The translations under genes and the position numbers were made by a program. DNA of 64,000 nucleotides, from positions 1 through 64,000 of the IMG/VR virus record IMGVR_UViG_3300047444_000299; one strand, 5' to 3'. Below the pieces are notes generated by a model that was not told the DNA's origin, ran no database searches, and worked only from the letters and a program-made list of their open reading frames with translations. Below, one piece after another: positions 36,138 to 45,429 of the stretch; the first letter of the stretch is position 1; each line of letters starts with the position of its first letter. The DNA is from a virus. Lineage: Duplodnaviria; Heunggongvirae; Uroviricota; Caudoviricetes.

Positions 36138-36672
36138 GCCAACTCTATACACATGCCATGCCTGCAACGGCCACTGCCGATTTGAATACGATTTGAACAA
36201 ATCGATTGATTGTGCGGTTTGTAAAGGCGAAGGCTACGTGCCACTCGAATTGCTGGATGTTAAACCAGTTAAACAATCGTTTGATGAAAATTTTAGCATT
36301 CATGGCATTCTGGCTATGGCTGGGGTTACCGATTTCTCCCACGGTATGAAAGGATCAATTCCGTTCAAAATCGGGGATAAGTTCAAAACACTTCGCGGTA
36401 TCGAAGTCGAATGCATCCAGCTCAGTGACACCAGAGGCTATGAAACCGCCCGGTTCTCTGACGGTGGGTGGCGTTATAACCGGGATCATGACCGTGGGCG
36501 TGCAACCGCTTCTCGGTGGGATAGTCCTTGGAACATTTTACCGAATTACCCAAAACCAGTTACCGAACCTGTGTGGGGTCTATGCCCGCACAAAAAGAAA
36601 ACCGGTGGATGTCCTTTCCACAACCTTCAATGCGGGTATCCGAAATGCGATACCACACCAACTGAGAAATAA
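36130..36672 (+). CDS. Cys-rich hypothetical protein
   Basis: CHAC..C...CAVC and C-terminal CPFHNLQCGYPKC. Confidence 0.45.
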   Translation: MPEPTLYTCHACNGHCRFEYDLNKSIDCAVCKGEGYVPLELLDVKPVKQSFDENFSIHGILAMAGVTDFSHGMKGSIPFKIGDKFKTLRGIEVECIQLSDTRGYETARFSDGGWRYNRDHDRGRATASRWDSPWNILPNYPKPVTEPVWGLCPHKKKTGGCPFHNLQCGYPKCDTTPTEK

Positions 36673-36675
36673 AGA

Positions 36676-36963
36676 ATGATTATTGCAATCGCAATCGTAA
36701 CCAACAAGCAATTGATGCAAACCATCCACAATCTGACCCCAAAACTGTTGGCAGAAGACAACCTTGCCGAACGTATCGCAGGTAATGCACTCAATCGTAT
36801 TTCGGATGTAAGTGCGCCGGACGAACTGTTCGCAAACGCAATGGTTACCGCACTGGATCAAGCTGACCAGCCGTTTGCTGTTGAAGTGCGTGATTGGATC
36901 TACAAGCACCTCAAAATCGAACCAACTCCGGTTACCATGACCAACGATAAGGTTGCCGGATGA
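36676..36963 (+). CDS. hypothetical protein
   Basis: 95 aa. Confidence 0.4.
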   Translation: MIIAIAIVTNKQLMQTIHNLTPKLLAEDNLAERIAGNALNRISDVSAPDELFANAMVTALDQADQPFAVEVRDWIYKHLKIEPTPVTMTNDKVAG

Positions 36964-37190
36964 TTCTCTCGGTAGCAGTCGCCACTAATATGGCCCTATT
37001 CAGTTATGCGGTGGAATCGTCTGGTGTTGACAATGCGGTGGAAAAAGCATTCACCGAAATTGATGCGATGTTGGAACATGATGAATTTGTGATCAATGTA
37101 GTCATCGATCCACTCAAACCAGAAGACCAGAATGCGTCTGATGAAGTAGAACGGTTGCTGAGTTTGCGATACAACATCGCAGACCTGTAA
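36960..37190 (+). CDS. hypothetical acidic protein
   Basis: 76 aa. Confidence 0.4.
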   Translation: MILSVAVATNMALFSYAVESSGVDNAVEKAFTEIDAMLEHDEFVINVVIDPLKPEDQNASDEVERLLSLRYNIADL

Positions 37191-37200
37191 TTTGATACAA

Positions 37201-37226
37201 AGCCTCGGGAAACCGGGGCTTTTTTA
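37201..37226 (+). terminator. rho-independent terminator (family A: AGCCTCGGGAAACCGGGGCTTTTT)
   Basis: 8-bp stem with GAAA tetraloop + T-tract; identical at 47794 and 53927. Confidence 0.8.
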
Positions 37227-37238
37227 TTTCGAAAGTGT

Positions 37239-37266
37239 TTGACATAGAATAGAATCGTGGTAGAAT
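37239..37266 (+). promoter_or_regulatory. sigma70-like promoter TTGACA-N16-TAGAAT
   Basis: near-consensus; shared module with 28388-28432. Confidence 0.65.
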
Positions 37267-37290
37267 TCTCACATCGACGGAGGAATCAAC

Positions 37291-37674
37291 ATGGCAGCCA
37301 ATCAAATACACCCTTGCATGTGGTGTCAATACCCACTTCACCATCTGGAAGAATGTCCAGAATGCGCCAAGCCGGTGGATGAAGAACTGCTTGATCGGGT
37401 TATGTTTCAAGAAAATATGTTGCGGGTGGTTCGCACTCTGAAATTGATGCAAATGAGTTTGAACAAAACCCGAACCGAGAAACTGCAAGGCACCTATCCA
37501 TCTGATGGTGAATATCAACCCGAAATCGAGCTATGTGATGCTTGGGGTAATATCATCGTCTGGGAAGTTGATAAGCGACGGTGGACGATTGTATCCCTGA
37601 CCCACTGGGAACAATACAAGGTCTGCTATCCGCGTTGGGCCTATTTACCACAAACACCGGAGATTGTATTGTGA
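37291..37674 (+). CDS. hypothetical Zn-binding protein
   Basis: GGAGG SD; CMWC..ECPEC. Confidence 0.5.
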   Translation: MAANQIHPCMWCQYPLHHLEECPECAKPVDEELLDRVMFQENMLRVVRTLKLMQMSLNKTRTEKLQGTYPSDGEYQPEIELCDAWGNIIVWEVDKRRWTIVSLTHWEQYKVCYPRWAYLPQTPEIVL

Positions 37675-37895
37675 AACTGAAATCGAAACATAAATGGTTT
37701 GGCGTTGGTGGGGTGTTCTTCCTGAGCTTGGTTGGGATGTTCTCATTACCAGAACATAATATCTTGTTTGGGTTCTTGCAATTTCTTGTATCGTTCATTT
37801 TTATGCTGGTTTCGGTTTGCTACGGACTCGCTGGTATGGAAGACGCTAAAGTATTCGAACGGTTCTTTAAATGGTTGAAAACCGATGACGTGTAA
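37671..37895 (+). CDS. small membrane protein
   Basis: GTG overlapping upstream stop; 2 TM. Confidence 0.35.
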   Translation: MKLKSKHKWFGVGGVFFLSLVGMFSLPEHNILFGFLQFLVSFIFMLVSVCYGLAGMEDAKVFERFFKWLKTDDV

Positions 37896-38325
37896 TTGTG
37901 ATATCGAATCAATTGCCAAGCGTGAAATGATCAAATTGGTGTACAACCAAGATTATTTCTTCGCCAAGAAAGGTGATGTGGTCTACGCGGATCGCGCTGA
38001 CTGGAAGGATAAACATAGTTCATGTTTGTCCTATTGGTTCACCCCGGAAGACTTTGGTAAATCTTATGCTGAATGTCGGGTTGGTAAACAACTTCTGGAT
38101 CAAGAAACCCCAGATCCATTGTTCCAATTGGTGTTCTCCCAGCATTATCATGGAACCAATTCGTTGCAACAAGTCAAGTTTCCGTCGATGGAATGGAATG
38201 ATGTTTCATTAGCCGCGATGCAGTTTGCCAGAGCAATGGAAATCCCAGAAATCCGCCGCAACTTCTGGAAGCTCGACACCCCGGAAGTAATGTATACAAT
38301 CCGAATTGATAAGGTTGAAGTATGA
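37885..38325 (+). CDS. hypothetical protein
   Basis: 146 aa. Confidence 0.45.
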   Translation: MTCNCDIESIAKREMIKLVYNQDYFFAKKGDVVYADRADWKDKHSSCLSYWFTPEDFGKSYAECRVGKQLLDQETPDPLFQLVFSQHYHGTNSLQQVKFPSMEWNDVSLAAMQFARAMEIPEIRRNFWKLDTPEVMYTIRIDKVEV

Positions 38326-38888
38326 ATATTGATGGATATGTAAAAATCACTGGTACAGAACTTACCACCAAGGCAAGCGCTGTATTGCAATACCTCACAG
38401 AACAAAACAAGCTTCTTGAACAACAAGATGTTGCGAATCGACTGGAATTTGAAGCAAAGTGTGTTTCAGATACCGCTGAGCTTGACGCATACCGGGACTC
38501 TGGTAAGGCGTGGGGCGATTACGAACGGGCTCGAATCAAACACACCACCTACGAACCGGTCAAGTTCCTTGGGTTGTTCAAAGTCGGCACCAACGAAGTC
38601 GTAAGTGTTTACGGTATCAACCGTGAATTGGAATCGATCAATTACAAGTTCTGGTCGAATATGTACGATGTGGCTGACCTGACCTTTGACGCTCTCAATC
38701 ATTTCTATGATTACGAGTTGGATTGGCGCCCGGATGCCACCAAGAAATACGACATCGGTTTTGTGACGAATTTGATCGGTATGGCCGATAAGCCGGAAAT
38801 CTATCTGAGCATCGATATCTACCAGAAGCTCAATGCCCTGTGGTCGGGTCTGTCTGCGGACAACACCCAAGAGCTGTTGGTGGGTTAA
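38322..38888 (+). CDS. hypothetical protein
   Basis: 188 aa. Confidence 0.5.
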   Translation: MNIDGYVKITGTELTTKASAVLQYLTEQNKLLEQQDVANRLEFEAKCVSDTAELDAYRDSGKAWGDYERARIKHTTYEPVKFLGLFKVGTNEVVSVYGINRELESINYKFWSNMYDVADLTFDALNHFYDYELDWRPDATKKYDIGFVTNLIGMADKPEIYLSIDIYQKLNALWSGLSADNTQELLVG

Positions 38889-38932
38889 TAGCTACAAAAA
38901 TTGAAATTCACTGTTGATTTAACGAGAATAGA

Positions 38933-39220
38933 ATGAATCAAGAACATCCAAAATATCCGGGCTTTTACTTTGTTCCTCTGGAAGCCGATCCAAATTTGGT
39001 CGAATTAACTTTGGCCGAACGTCAGGTTATGTTGTCCGAGGAAGGCAACTACGCGGTTATGCTGGCGGATATGTCCAATCCAAGTTATCGGGTAGACGTG
39101 CATTGCGCGTGTGATAACGCACGAATCCCAACCCACCGCCATAAAGAAAATCTGGTTCACAAGACCGATGGTTTCAAAGACTACCTGCAACATCGAGTTG
39201 CTGCGGTATTGATGCATTGA
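38933..39220 (+). CDS. hypothetical protein
   Basis: 95 aa. Confidence 0.4.
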   Translation: MNQEHPKYPGFYFVPLEADPNLVELTLAERQVMLSEEGNYAVMLADMSNPSYRVDVHCACDNARIPTHRHKENLVHKTDGFKDYLQHRVAAVLMH

Positions 39221-39498
39221 GTACATGTGATCATGATGACCCGGACGCTACCTGTCCGTTCGCGTTCACAATGGAAAGCGAAAAGGTTCAAAACTATGGC
39301 TGCCTCCCGGAACCGTGGGATATCCGCACCATGCGGGTACATCACGGTAAGACATGGGCGTGTCATAAAGACAATACAAAACCATGCGTTGGCGGTATTC
39401 AGTTCTTGAAAGAACGCGGGGAACCGTACAAGGTCATTGATTCGGTATTGCTTACCGAAGACGATGACTGGAACAAATACATCAGGCCAGTGGAATAA
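39217..39498 (+). CDS. hypothetical Cys/His-rich protein
   Basis: 93 aa. Confidence 0.4.
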   Translation: MSTCDHDDPDATCPFAFTMESEKVQNYGCLPEPWDIRTMRVHHGKTWACHKDNTKPCVGGIQFLKERGEPYKVIDSVLLTEDDDWNKYIRPVE

Positions 39499-39728
39499 TG
39501 AACAAATTTAAAGATTTGCTGGAAATGTTGGGTGAAGCCCCGGATGGTCAGTTGGATAAATCGATGGCGGTCAAGTTCGCAGAAATGGCGAAAAAAGATA
39601 CCAACCCAACCGCTAAAGAAGTCCTCGACATTCTAGATCAATCCGCGTATGCCGCGTTGGCGAGTCAATTCACCATGATTGTTATGGACCACCTCTGGAA
39701 ACAGTTGAAAGAATTGGAAGCCGCGTAA
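39498..39728 (+). CDS. hypothetical protein
   Basis: 76 aa. Confidence 0.4.
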   Translation: MNKFKDLLEMLGEAPDGQLDKSMAVKFAEMAKKDTNPTAKEVLDILDQSAYAALASQFTMIVMDHLWKQLKELEAA

Positions 39729-39835
39729 TGGGATATGTCGAATGCACTCGTTGCCCTTGGTGGGCGCATTGGAAATTCATGGGGCCGAACTATTCATGCC
39801 CTAAATGTGGCTCGGCCACAAGGAGTCTGGATTGA
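39728..39835 (+). CDS. Zn-ribbon mini-protein (35 aa)
   Basis: CTRC...CPKC; TAATG overlap. Confidence 0.3.
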   Translation: MGYVECTRCPWWAHWKFMGPNYSCPKCGSATRSLD

Positions 39836-39901
39836 CAGAACAAGAATGGCAAGAAGCCGAGGAATTGGCGGAACGTCGGCGCAATCAAGAGGACTGGGAT
39901 A

Positions 39902-40366
39902 GTGACCATGACTAATGTTCTGGGATGGGCTGTTGTGAACCTCGAAACCCAACAGTTGCATTTGTGCGGGATCGATGATCGCGATGTAATCGAACGACTG
40001 TTCGGCTCAGACCCAAAGTGCAAGATCGTCAATTTGATTGATGAACAACTGCTGTTGGATGCCAAAGCAGATGCGGAACGAATGCACAATCTGTTCCCAG
40101 ATGAACGACGCCGGAGCATCGATTTTCATTTCGCGTTGTGTAAGATCCATAATGAGCAAGCCCAATGGTTAATGCGGTTCTCGAAGTATGGGGATAGCAC
40201 AGACCGGGCGTTGTACAAAGAACTGAATCGCCGGGATAAGCAACTCAAACGGTTCCGTGAGTTGGTTCGTGACATCCGCAATTCCAAGGCTCACTGCACA
40301 ACCAATCTTTGGTATGCGGAAATTGATGCAGTTGTCCGCGATATTGATGCAATGGTGGGTGAATGA
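39902..40366 (+). CDS. hypothetical protein
   Basis: 154 aa; GTG or ATG(39908) start. Confidence 0.45.
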   Translation: MTMTNVLGWAVVNLETQQLHLCGIDDRDVIERLFGSDPKCKIVNLIDEQLLLDAKADAERMHNLFPDERRRSIDFHFALCKIHNEQAQWLMRFSKYGDSTDRALYKELNRRDKQLKRFRELVRDIRNSKAHCTTNLWYAEIDAVVRDIDAMVGE

Positions 40367-40623
40367 CTTTGCGTAAGGGTATCAAACCAACAATTGGCGA
40401 ATTGAAATACGTTTTTCCGGGGTTTGATGTTATTATCCCCGGTGAACGATTCACCTACAAGGGATATGATATATTCCAAAATCAATATGGTCATTTTATG
40501 ATCAAGTTGAACGGTGAGGGGATTGATGTTGCATATAGCACATTGAGCGAAACCTTGCAGGTTATTGATCGATTGAATGGTAAACCCGAAGTCATGGGCA
40601 TCAACATTTGTGGTGGCTGGTAA
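40363..40623 (+). CDS. hypothetical protein
   Basis: 86 aa. Confidence 0.4.
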   Translation: MTLRKGIKPTIGELKYVFPGFDVIIPGERFTYKGYDIFQNQYGHFMIKLNGEGIDVAYSTLSETLQVIDRLNGKPEVMGINICGGW

Positions 40624-40922
40624 TGCTGACATTAGAATATCACCCAGACGGGCTTTGTGTTCCTGATGCAAAGACTATGCAAATCGCTAAAAGTTTTGTC
40701 GCGGCGGCGAATGATACATCCTCACATACCATCTTGTTTTCTCAGGCAATGCTTCTGGATGCGTTCCGGGTTTTGATCAAACGTGGTGATGTTGACCCGA
40801 CAAGGGTTGTTATCCGATTCGAGAACAACGCCATGTATTGCAACAGGGATGGTCATGTGAGTGATTGGCCGCGTGGGTTCTGTGACCACACCGAAAACTA
40901 CCTGATGGAACTGCTGTCATGA
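40623..40922 (+). CDS. hypothetical protein
   Basis: 99 aa. Confidence 0.4.
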   Translation: MLTLEYHPDGLCVPDAKTMQIAKSFVAAANDTSSHTILFSQAMLLDAFRVLIKRGDVDPTRVVIRFENNAMYCNRDGHVSDWPRGFCDHTENYLMELLS

Positions 40923-41242
40923 ATCGGTTCGATATCACAGCCTACGCCGAAGCCACCACAAGTTGGGGAGAGGATTGCTATGTAGGGGCTCTAACAATTA
41001 CCCCGTCTGAGAAAGGTCAGTGGGTAAAGGCCGAAGACATGGAATTGCTGCAACTCAAGCTGGATACCATTACCGCTGATCGTGATGCCGAAAAGGCCAT
41101 GAAAGCCACCGCCCGGATGCAACGGGATGAACAGACCAAATTGGCTAGAATCCGTCAAGAAGCTCTGGATGATATCTGCGGTAGGTATAAACGCGGTACT
41201 TTGACAATTCTGGATATTCTTCCGCACTGTGGGAATTTATAA
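40919..41242 (+). CDS. hypothetical protein
   Basis: 107 aa. Confidence 0.4.
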   Translation: MNRFDITAYAEATTSWGEDCYVGALTITPSEKGQWVKAEDMELLQLKLDTITADRDAEKAMKATARMQRDEQTKLARIRQEALDDICGRYKRGTLTILDILPHCGNL

Positions 41243-41421
41243 TGAAAATTTTCATCTTGTGGGTAATGCTTAGTTCCCACGGTATTGCCATATCCAATCA
41301 AGAATACAATTCGCTGGAAGCTTGTCATGCAGCCGAATTGCAGCTCCAAAAAGAATTTCCACAAGGAGGGGATTGGGGCGACTACTCAATCCATGTCAAA
41401 ACATCATGTACACAGAAGTAA
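41242..41421 (+). CDS. small secreted protein (signal peptide)
   Basis: MKIFILWVMLSSHGIAIS signal-like N-terminus; 59 aa. Confidence 0.35.
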   Translation: MKIFILWVMLSSHGIAISNQEYNSLEACHAAELQLQKEFPQGGDWGDYSIHVKTSCTQK

Positions 41422-42149
41422 ACCTAAGCTCGGAAGCTATTGCAAACTTCCGGGCGGTATTGGCGGATTTACCGCCATATGATCCAAATAACCCAGTATT
41501 CAATCTCCCTGATCTAACCGGGAAGGTTGTCAGAGATTACGGCCCAATTCATAAATTTGAGAGTATTGATAGAATGAAAACCAAAACCACCGTACAAGCC
41601 TTGCTCAACGTTCTGGTAGGCCGCGACCCAAACGAAGAAATTATCATCGAAGACAATCAACTTCGGGTTGTGTCTACGGTTGACCTATTGTCCGAACGAC
41701 CTATGCCGGGTGGCAAGCAAACCCACTCGTTTCCCACCACAACATTTATCCGGGATGCAATTCGGGAACAACTTCCAAAAGCCATCTGTAATGCCGATAC
41801 CAAAACCGACCCAGAATTGCGCGCATTGGTTAATCAACCACTAGCCACATCGGTTAAAGTTGAAACCCGTGGCCGTCCGCGTAAACCAGCGGGTGCCCCA
41901 AAATCGCCATATACTACGAAAGCTTCCAAACCGGTTAAACCTGCCAAGGGTATTGACAACGCCCGTAGAGCATGGAAACCAGAAGACATCAAAACAATGG
42001 CAGCCCTGCGGGAGAACGGCGCAAGCTTCGAGGATATTGGTAAAGTCTTCGGACGTTCCGGGAAAGCAATTGAATGTCAGTTGAATTACCTGCGCAACCC
42101 ACGACCTAAGCCACCAGCCCCGGTCAGTAATTCGGTTCCATTGATGTAA
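41406..42149 (+). CDS. DNA-binding protein (AT-hook RGRPRKP + C-terminal HTH)
   Basis: GRPRKPAGAPKSP AT-hook-like; C-terminal MAALRENGASFEDIGKVFGRSGKAIECQLNYL helix-turn-helix. Confidence 0.5.
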   Translation: MYTEVNLSSEAIANFRAVLADLPPYDPNNPVFNLPDLTGKVVRDYGPIHKFESIDRMKTKTTVQALLNVLVGRDPNEEIIIEDNQLRVVSTVDLLSERPMPGGKQTHSFPTTTFIRDAIREQLPKAICNADTKTDPELRALVNQPLATSVKVETRGRPRKPAGAPKSPYTTKASKPVKPAKGIDNARRAWKPEDIKTMAALRENGASFEDIGKVFGRSGKAIECQLNYLRNPRPKPPAPVSNSVPLM

Positions 42150-42319
42150 TGCTTTTGATCATTTTATGGGGCGTAATGATTGTTTACGCCCTTGGCTGGG
42201 TTATCGCCTCGGCTATATTGATTTTGATTGATAAACACAATAAATGGTTCTATTTGGTGCTGGCATTGAGTTGGCCGTGGTTATTGTGGAATCTATGGGG
42301 ATTCAGGGTATGGAAGTAA
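42149..42319 (+). CDS. small membrane protein (56 aa)
   Basis: two hydrophobic helices; TAATG overlap. Confidence 0.35.
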   Translation: MLLIILWGVMIVYALGWVIASAILILIDKHNKWFYLVLALSWPWLLWNLWGFRVWK

Positions 42320-42588
42320 AAGGTAAAGGAATTGAAGTCGGGGATATTGTCCTCGGCTACCACAAAGGCTATTGGTTGGTTCTTGAACAAACCAAAAGGC
42401 TGGGTGGTAATACCAATCTGCTCAGATACCAACGAGTTGATAGAGTTTCCAAGACGCCACTAATCAAATCCTGCGACCAAGCATGGTGTACAAAGATCGA
42501 TCCAGAAGCGTTGTATCACAAACAAATCACAGAAGCATATGAATTGATGGATATGCTGATGAAGGCCAAATCTAAAGGTACTAATTGA
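42310..42588 (+). CDS. hypothetical protein
   Basis: 92 aa. Confidence 0.4.
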   Translation: MEVKGKGIEVGDIVLGYHKGYWLVLEQTKRLGGNTNLLRYQRVDRVSKTPLIKSCDQAWCTKIDPEALYHKQITEAYELMDMLMKAKSKGTN

Positions 42589-42947
42589 TGGAAAGAACAC
42601 AAATCGCCCTAGCGGATAAAATCCGTGAATGGGAATTGAGCGCTGGGGAAAGCTTTACCGACTATTACATGCACGATTCTGTAAAGGATGTATCGTGGGC
42701 GTTTTGGTTGCTGGGGAAAGGTTTCACCGAACGAGCCAATGAATTGATCGATTTGATTCAAGCCGGTGAAACATGCATCGATCAAGAGTTGCTGTATGAG
42801 ATTTATCCACAAGATATCACCGAGGGTGAATCTAGTTGGGATTCGGATATACATTCCGCGAATATCTGTTTGTGGGCTGAATTTCTGGTAGCGTCTGATC
42901 GGTATTGGAAAGACATTACCGAATGGTTCGCAGATCAAAATGATTGA
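42585..42947 (+). CDS. hypothetical acidic protein
   Basis: 120 aa. Confidence 0.45.
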   Translation: MMERTQIALADKIREWELSAGESFTDYYMHDSVKDVSWAFWLLGKGFTERANELIDLIQAGETCIDQELLYEIYPQDITEGESSWDSDIHSANICLWAEFLVASDRYWKDITEWFADQND

Positions 42948-43413
42948 AATCGAACGCAAATTCCTAATTGATGCAACCATGTTGCCGGGATGCTTAACCC
43001 CAACCCGAATCGCCCAAGGCTATTTGAATCAAGATCCTGACAAGACCGTCAGGATTCGGATCGCCGGGGATAAAGGATTCATTACCATCAAAGGTAAATC
43101 CAGCGACAACGGCCTATCCCGGTACGAATGGGAAAAGGAAATTGATCTAAACGACGCCAAAGACTTGTTGGGAATGTGTTCCAATATCATCGACAAGTCC
43201 CGGTATCATATGATTCATCAAGGCAAGCTCTGGGAAATTGATGTATTCCACGGCTTGAACGAAGGATTGGTTGTCGCAGAAATTGAGTTGACTTCCGAAA
43301 CAGAATTGTTTAATTTACCGGAATGGATTACCCAAGAGGTTACGGGCAACCCAGATTACTACAATTCGAATTTAGCTGTATGTCCCTTTAAGTGGTGGTT
43401 TGAGTATGAATAA
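42940..43413 (+). CDS. CYTH-domain protein (triphosphate tunnel metalloenzyme; CyaB/ThTPase-like)
   Basis: N-terminal MIEIERKFLI (ExExK signature), later VAEIEL. Confidence 0.6.
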   Translation: MIEIERKFLIDATMLPGCLTPTRIAQGYLNQDPDKTVRIRIAGDKGFITIKGKSSDNGLSRYEWEKEIDLNDAKDLLGMCSNIIDKSRYHMIHQGKLWEIDVFHGLNEGLVVAEIELTSETELFNLPEWITQEVTGNPDYYNSNLAVCPFKWWFEYE

Positions 43414-43627
43414 ATTTGACATTTCGACCCGGATGGATACCGTCCGGGGATTCTTGGACGACCCCGATACCCATCAAGCCATTCTGGTAATTACCGATAC
43501 CCCGAATGGTCAGTGGGTGCGGGTAGGGGATGTTGAAGCTTATGCCAAGATCAAAGTCGAAAGGGCTACTAAGGTTTTGATGCAACAACATGCGGATGAA
43601 ATCTCCGAATTGTTAGGGTGTAAGTAA
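43400..43627 (+). CDS. hypothetical protein
   Basis: 75 aa. Confidence 0.4.
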   Translation: MSMNKFDISTRMDTVRGFLDDPDTHQAILVITDTPNGQWVRVGDVEAYAKIKVERATKVLMQQHADEISELLGCK

Positions 43628-43827
43628 TGCTAAGAAAATATCCCAAGGGTGCTACCCACTGCGTCTATCCGAATGATATGCAAGACGAGCTGTTTTATCG
43701 CCGGGGATCGGAAACCCTCGAAATCTTTATCATGGGTAGACATGAATGGTTCCCATCTAGGAAACCATTTGGTTATCTCGATGAAATCCATAAGCTGGAA
43801 AATCCAGATCAATTGGTGGGCGAATGA
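43627..43827 (+). CDS. hypothetical protein
   Basis: 66 aa. Confidence 0.35.
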   Translation: MLRKYPKGATHCVYPNDMQDELFYRRGSETLEIFIMGRHEWFPSRKPFGYLDEIHKLENPDQLVGE

Positions 43828-44321
43828 AAGTACAAATCAAAGATATCTATAATCAATTTGATGGTAGAATTTCGGTAGGTCCGCTGGGGATGTTCAAACA
43901 CGCTTTGTTTTGCAAAGTCCCGGATCATGGTCGAACCATCATCACCGATTATGAGTCCCTGAAAAACCTTCGGGATGAATTGGGCAAATACCTGAATGAT
44001 GTCAGGCCGGTGGTGATTCCACAAGAGCTGTGCAATACCATCAATGCCAAAAGCGAACAGCACAGAAAGGAATTGTTCAACCTGAATTTCCTGCTTGAAG
44101 CTATGACCGCTGATCGGGATTCTGAAATCGAACATAAAAACCTTGCTCGGTATCATCGGGATTTGAAGGAACAACAAATCAAGGATCTTGAATCGAAATT
44201 GAATGATGCCAATATGATCAAATCCCAATGGCGTAGTTTGGCCCACAAACATGAGCAAACTATCCTCGATTTGAAATACCGGATTGTCGAGCTGGAAAAT
44301 CCAGTTGTGGTGGGTGACTGA
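43824..44321 (+). CDS. hypothetical coiled-coil protein
   Basis: 165 aa. Confidence 0.45.
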   Translation: MKVQIKDIYNQFDGRISVGPLGMFKHALFCKVPDHGRTIITDYESLKNLRDELGKYLNDVRPVVIPQELCNTINAKSEQHRKELFNLNFLLEAMTADRDSEIEHKNLARYHRDLKEQQIKDLESKLNDANMIKSQWRSLAHKHEQTILDLKYRIVELENPVVVGD

Positions 44322-44509
44322 TGGATCTACCTAATGTGTTTAGAAGCTTTTGGTGTGACCATCGGTATAAGCAGATTCGGACATGGAATGCCTGTTTCTT
44401 CGGAATTCCTCTGTGGAGTTATGCTGATATCCAATGCATCAAATGTGGTCGGACCAAGACCATCACCGGATCGCAATATCTGGACAGTGATGGGAAATTG
44501 ATCAAATGA
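44321..44509 (+). CDS. hypothetical Zn-binding small protein
   Basis: 62 aa. Confidence 0.35.
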   Translation: MDLPNVFRSFWCDHRYKQIRTWNACFFGIPLWSYADIQCIKCGRTKTITGSQYLDSDGKLIK

Positions 44510-44697
44510 GCATGGAAGAATTGTTTGAAAAGGCCCGGTTGGCTATGGGAGCTACCCCAGAAATACGCCTAGCTAAAGCCAGAGCAAGGACTATCGCATT
44601 CAATAAGAAATTGATTGAACAATATCGGTGCTCTGAATGTGGGGTTGATACCTTGAATTACTCCCATACCTTCAAATGTTCCTATAGGGGCTTGTGA
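44506..44697 (+). CDS. hypothetical small protein
   Basis: 63 aa; CSECG. Confidence 0.35.
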   Translation: MSMEELFEKARLAMGATPEIRLAKARARTIAFNKKLIEQYRCSECGVDTLNYSHTFKCSYRGL

Positions 44698-44870
44698 TGT
44701 TTTTACAAATCGAGAAATGTCCGTTTTGTGGTGGAAATGCTGACACCGACAATAATATGCGGTCTGTCTGGGTAGAATGCTATACCTGCGGTGGTAAAGG
44801 CCCATGCTTCAATGGTAGAGACGCTACCTATAATGCGGTCAGGGCTTGGAATCAGCGGGTGACCAAATGA
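44697..44870 (+). CDS. Lar-family restriction alleviation protein-like (57 aa)
   Basis: EKCPFCGG...VWVECYTCGGKGP...AVRAWNQRV matches the Lar signature CPFCGG...C..CGA.GP...AWN.R. Confidence 0.55.
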   Translation: MFLQIEKCPFCGGNADTDNNMRSVWVECYTCGGKGPCFNGRDATYNAVRAWNQRVTK

Positions 44871-45088
44871 CAGCATTCAGAGTTAGGCGGATTGTCGATA
44901 AAGCAGAATTCGGGGTAATTGAATCAAATCATATTGGGTTATTCGATATGGTCGATGAATTCACCGATCCGTATGCTTTCGAATTCACCAGTACCCGATT
45001 CAGTACCCGGACAAATAATTGGGGTCATGGTATCATGTGGCAGCGGTTTGTGTACCCATCCCGGATGTTGGAGCATTTTCATACATGA
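44867..45088 (+). CDS. hypothetical protein
   Basis: ATGA overlap; 73 aa. Confidence 0.35.
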   Translation: MTAFRVRRIVDKAEFGVIESNHIGLFDMVDEFTDPYAFEFTSTRFSTRTNNWGHGIMWQRFVYPSRMLEHFHT

Positions 45089-45429
45089 AAGAATTGATCG
45101 GTCAAGAAGTTCGGCGGATTCATCCCTGTGTAGGTGAATTAGTGGTAGGTGGGGTTTATACCATTACCAATGTCAATCTAAGGATACCGACCAGAATCAT
45201 GGTTTCCGGGGCTGATACGTGGTTTCTATTTGATGCATTCGAGGTAATCAAAAAGGTCTGGATTCTATATGAATGGTATTACGATTTCTGCAATACATGG
45301 GATTGCATCGTCAATATATTCGATTCCGAAGACAAGGCTATCGCCGCCAAGATTGTGGAAGAACAAAAACCCCAGTACAAGAACAAAGAGCAGTATTACA
45401 CCACAATAGATTGTCGGGAAGTATTGTAA
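45085..45429 (+). CDS. hypothetical protein
   Basis: 114 aa. Confidence 0.4.
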   Translation: MKELIGQEVRRIHPCVGELVVGGVYTITNVNLRIPTRIMVSGADTWFLFDAFEVIKKVWILYEWYYDFCNTWDCIVNIFDSEDKAIAAKIVEEQKPQYKNKEQYYTTIDCREVL

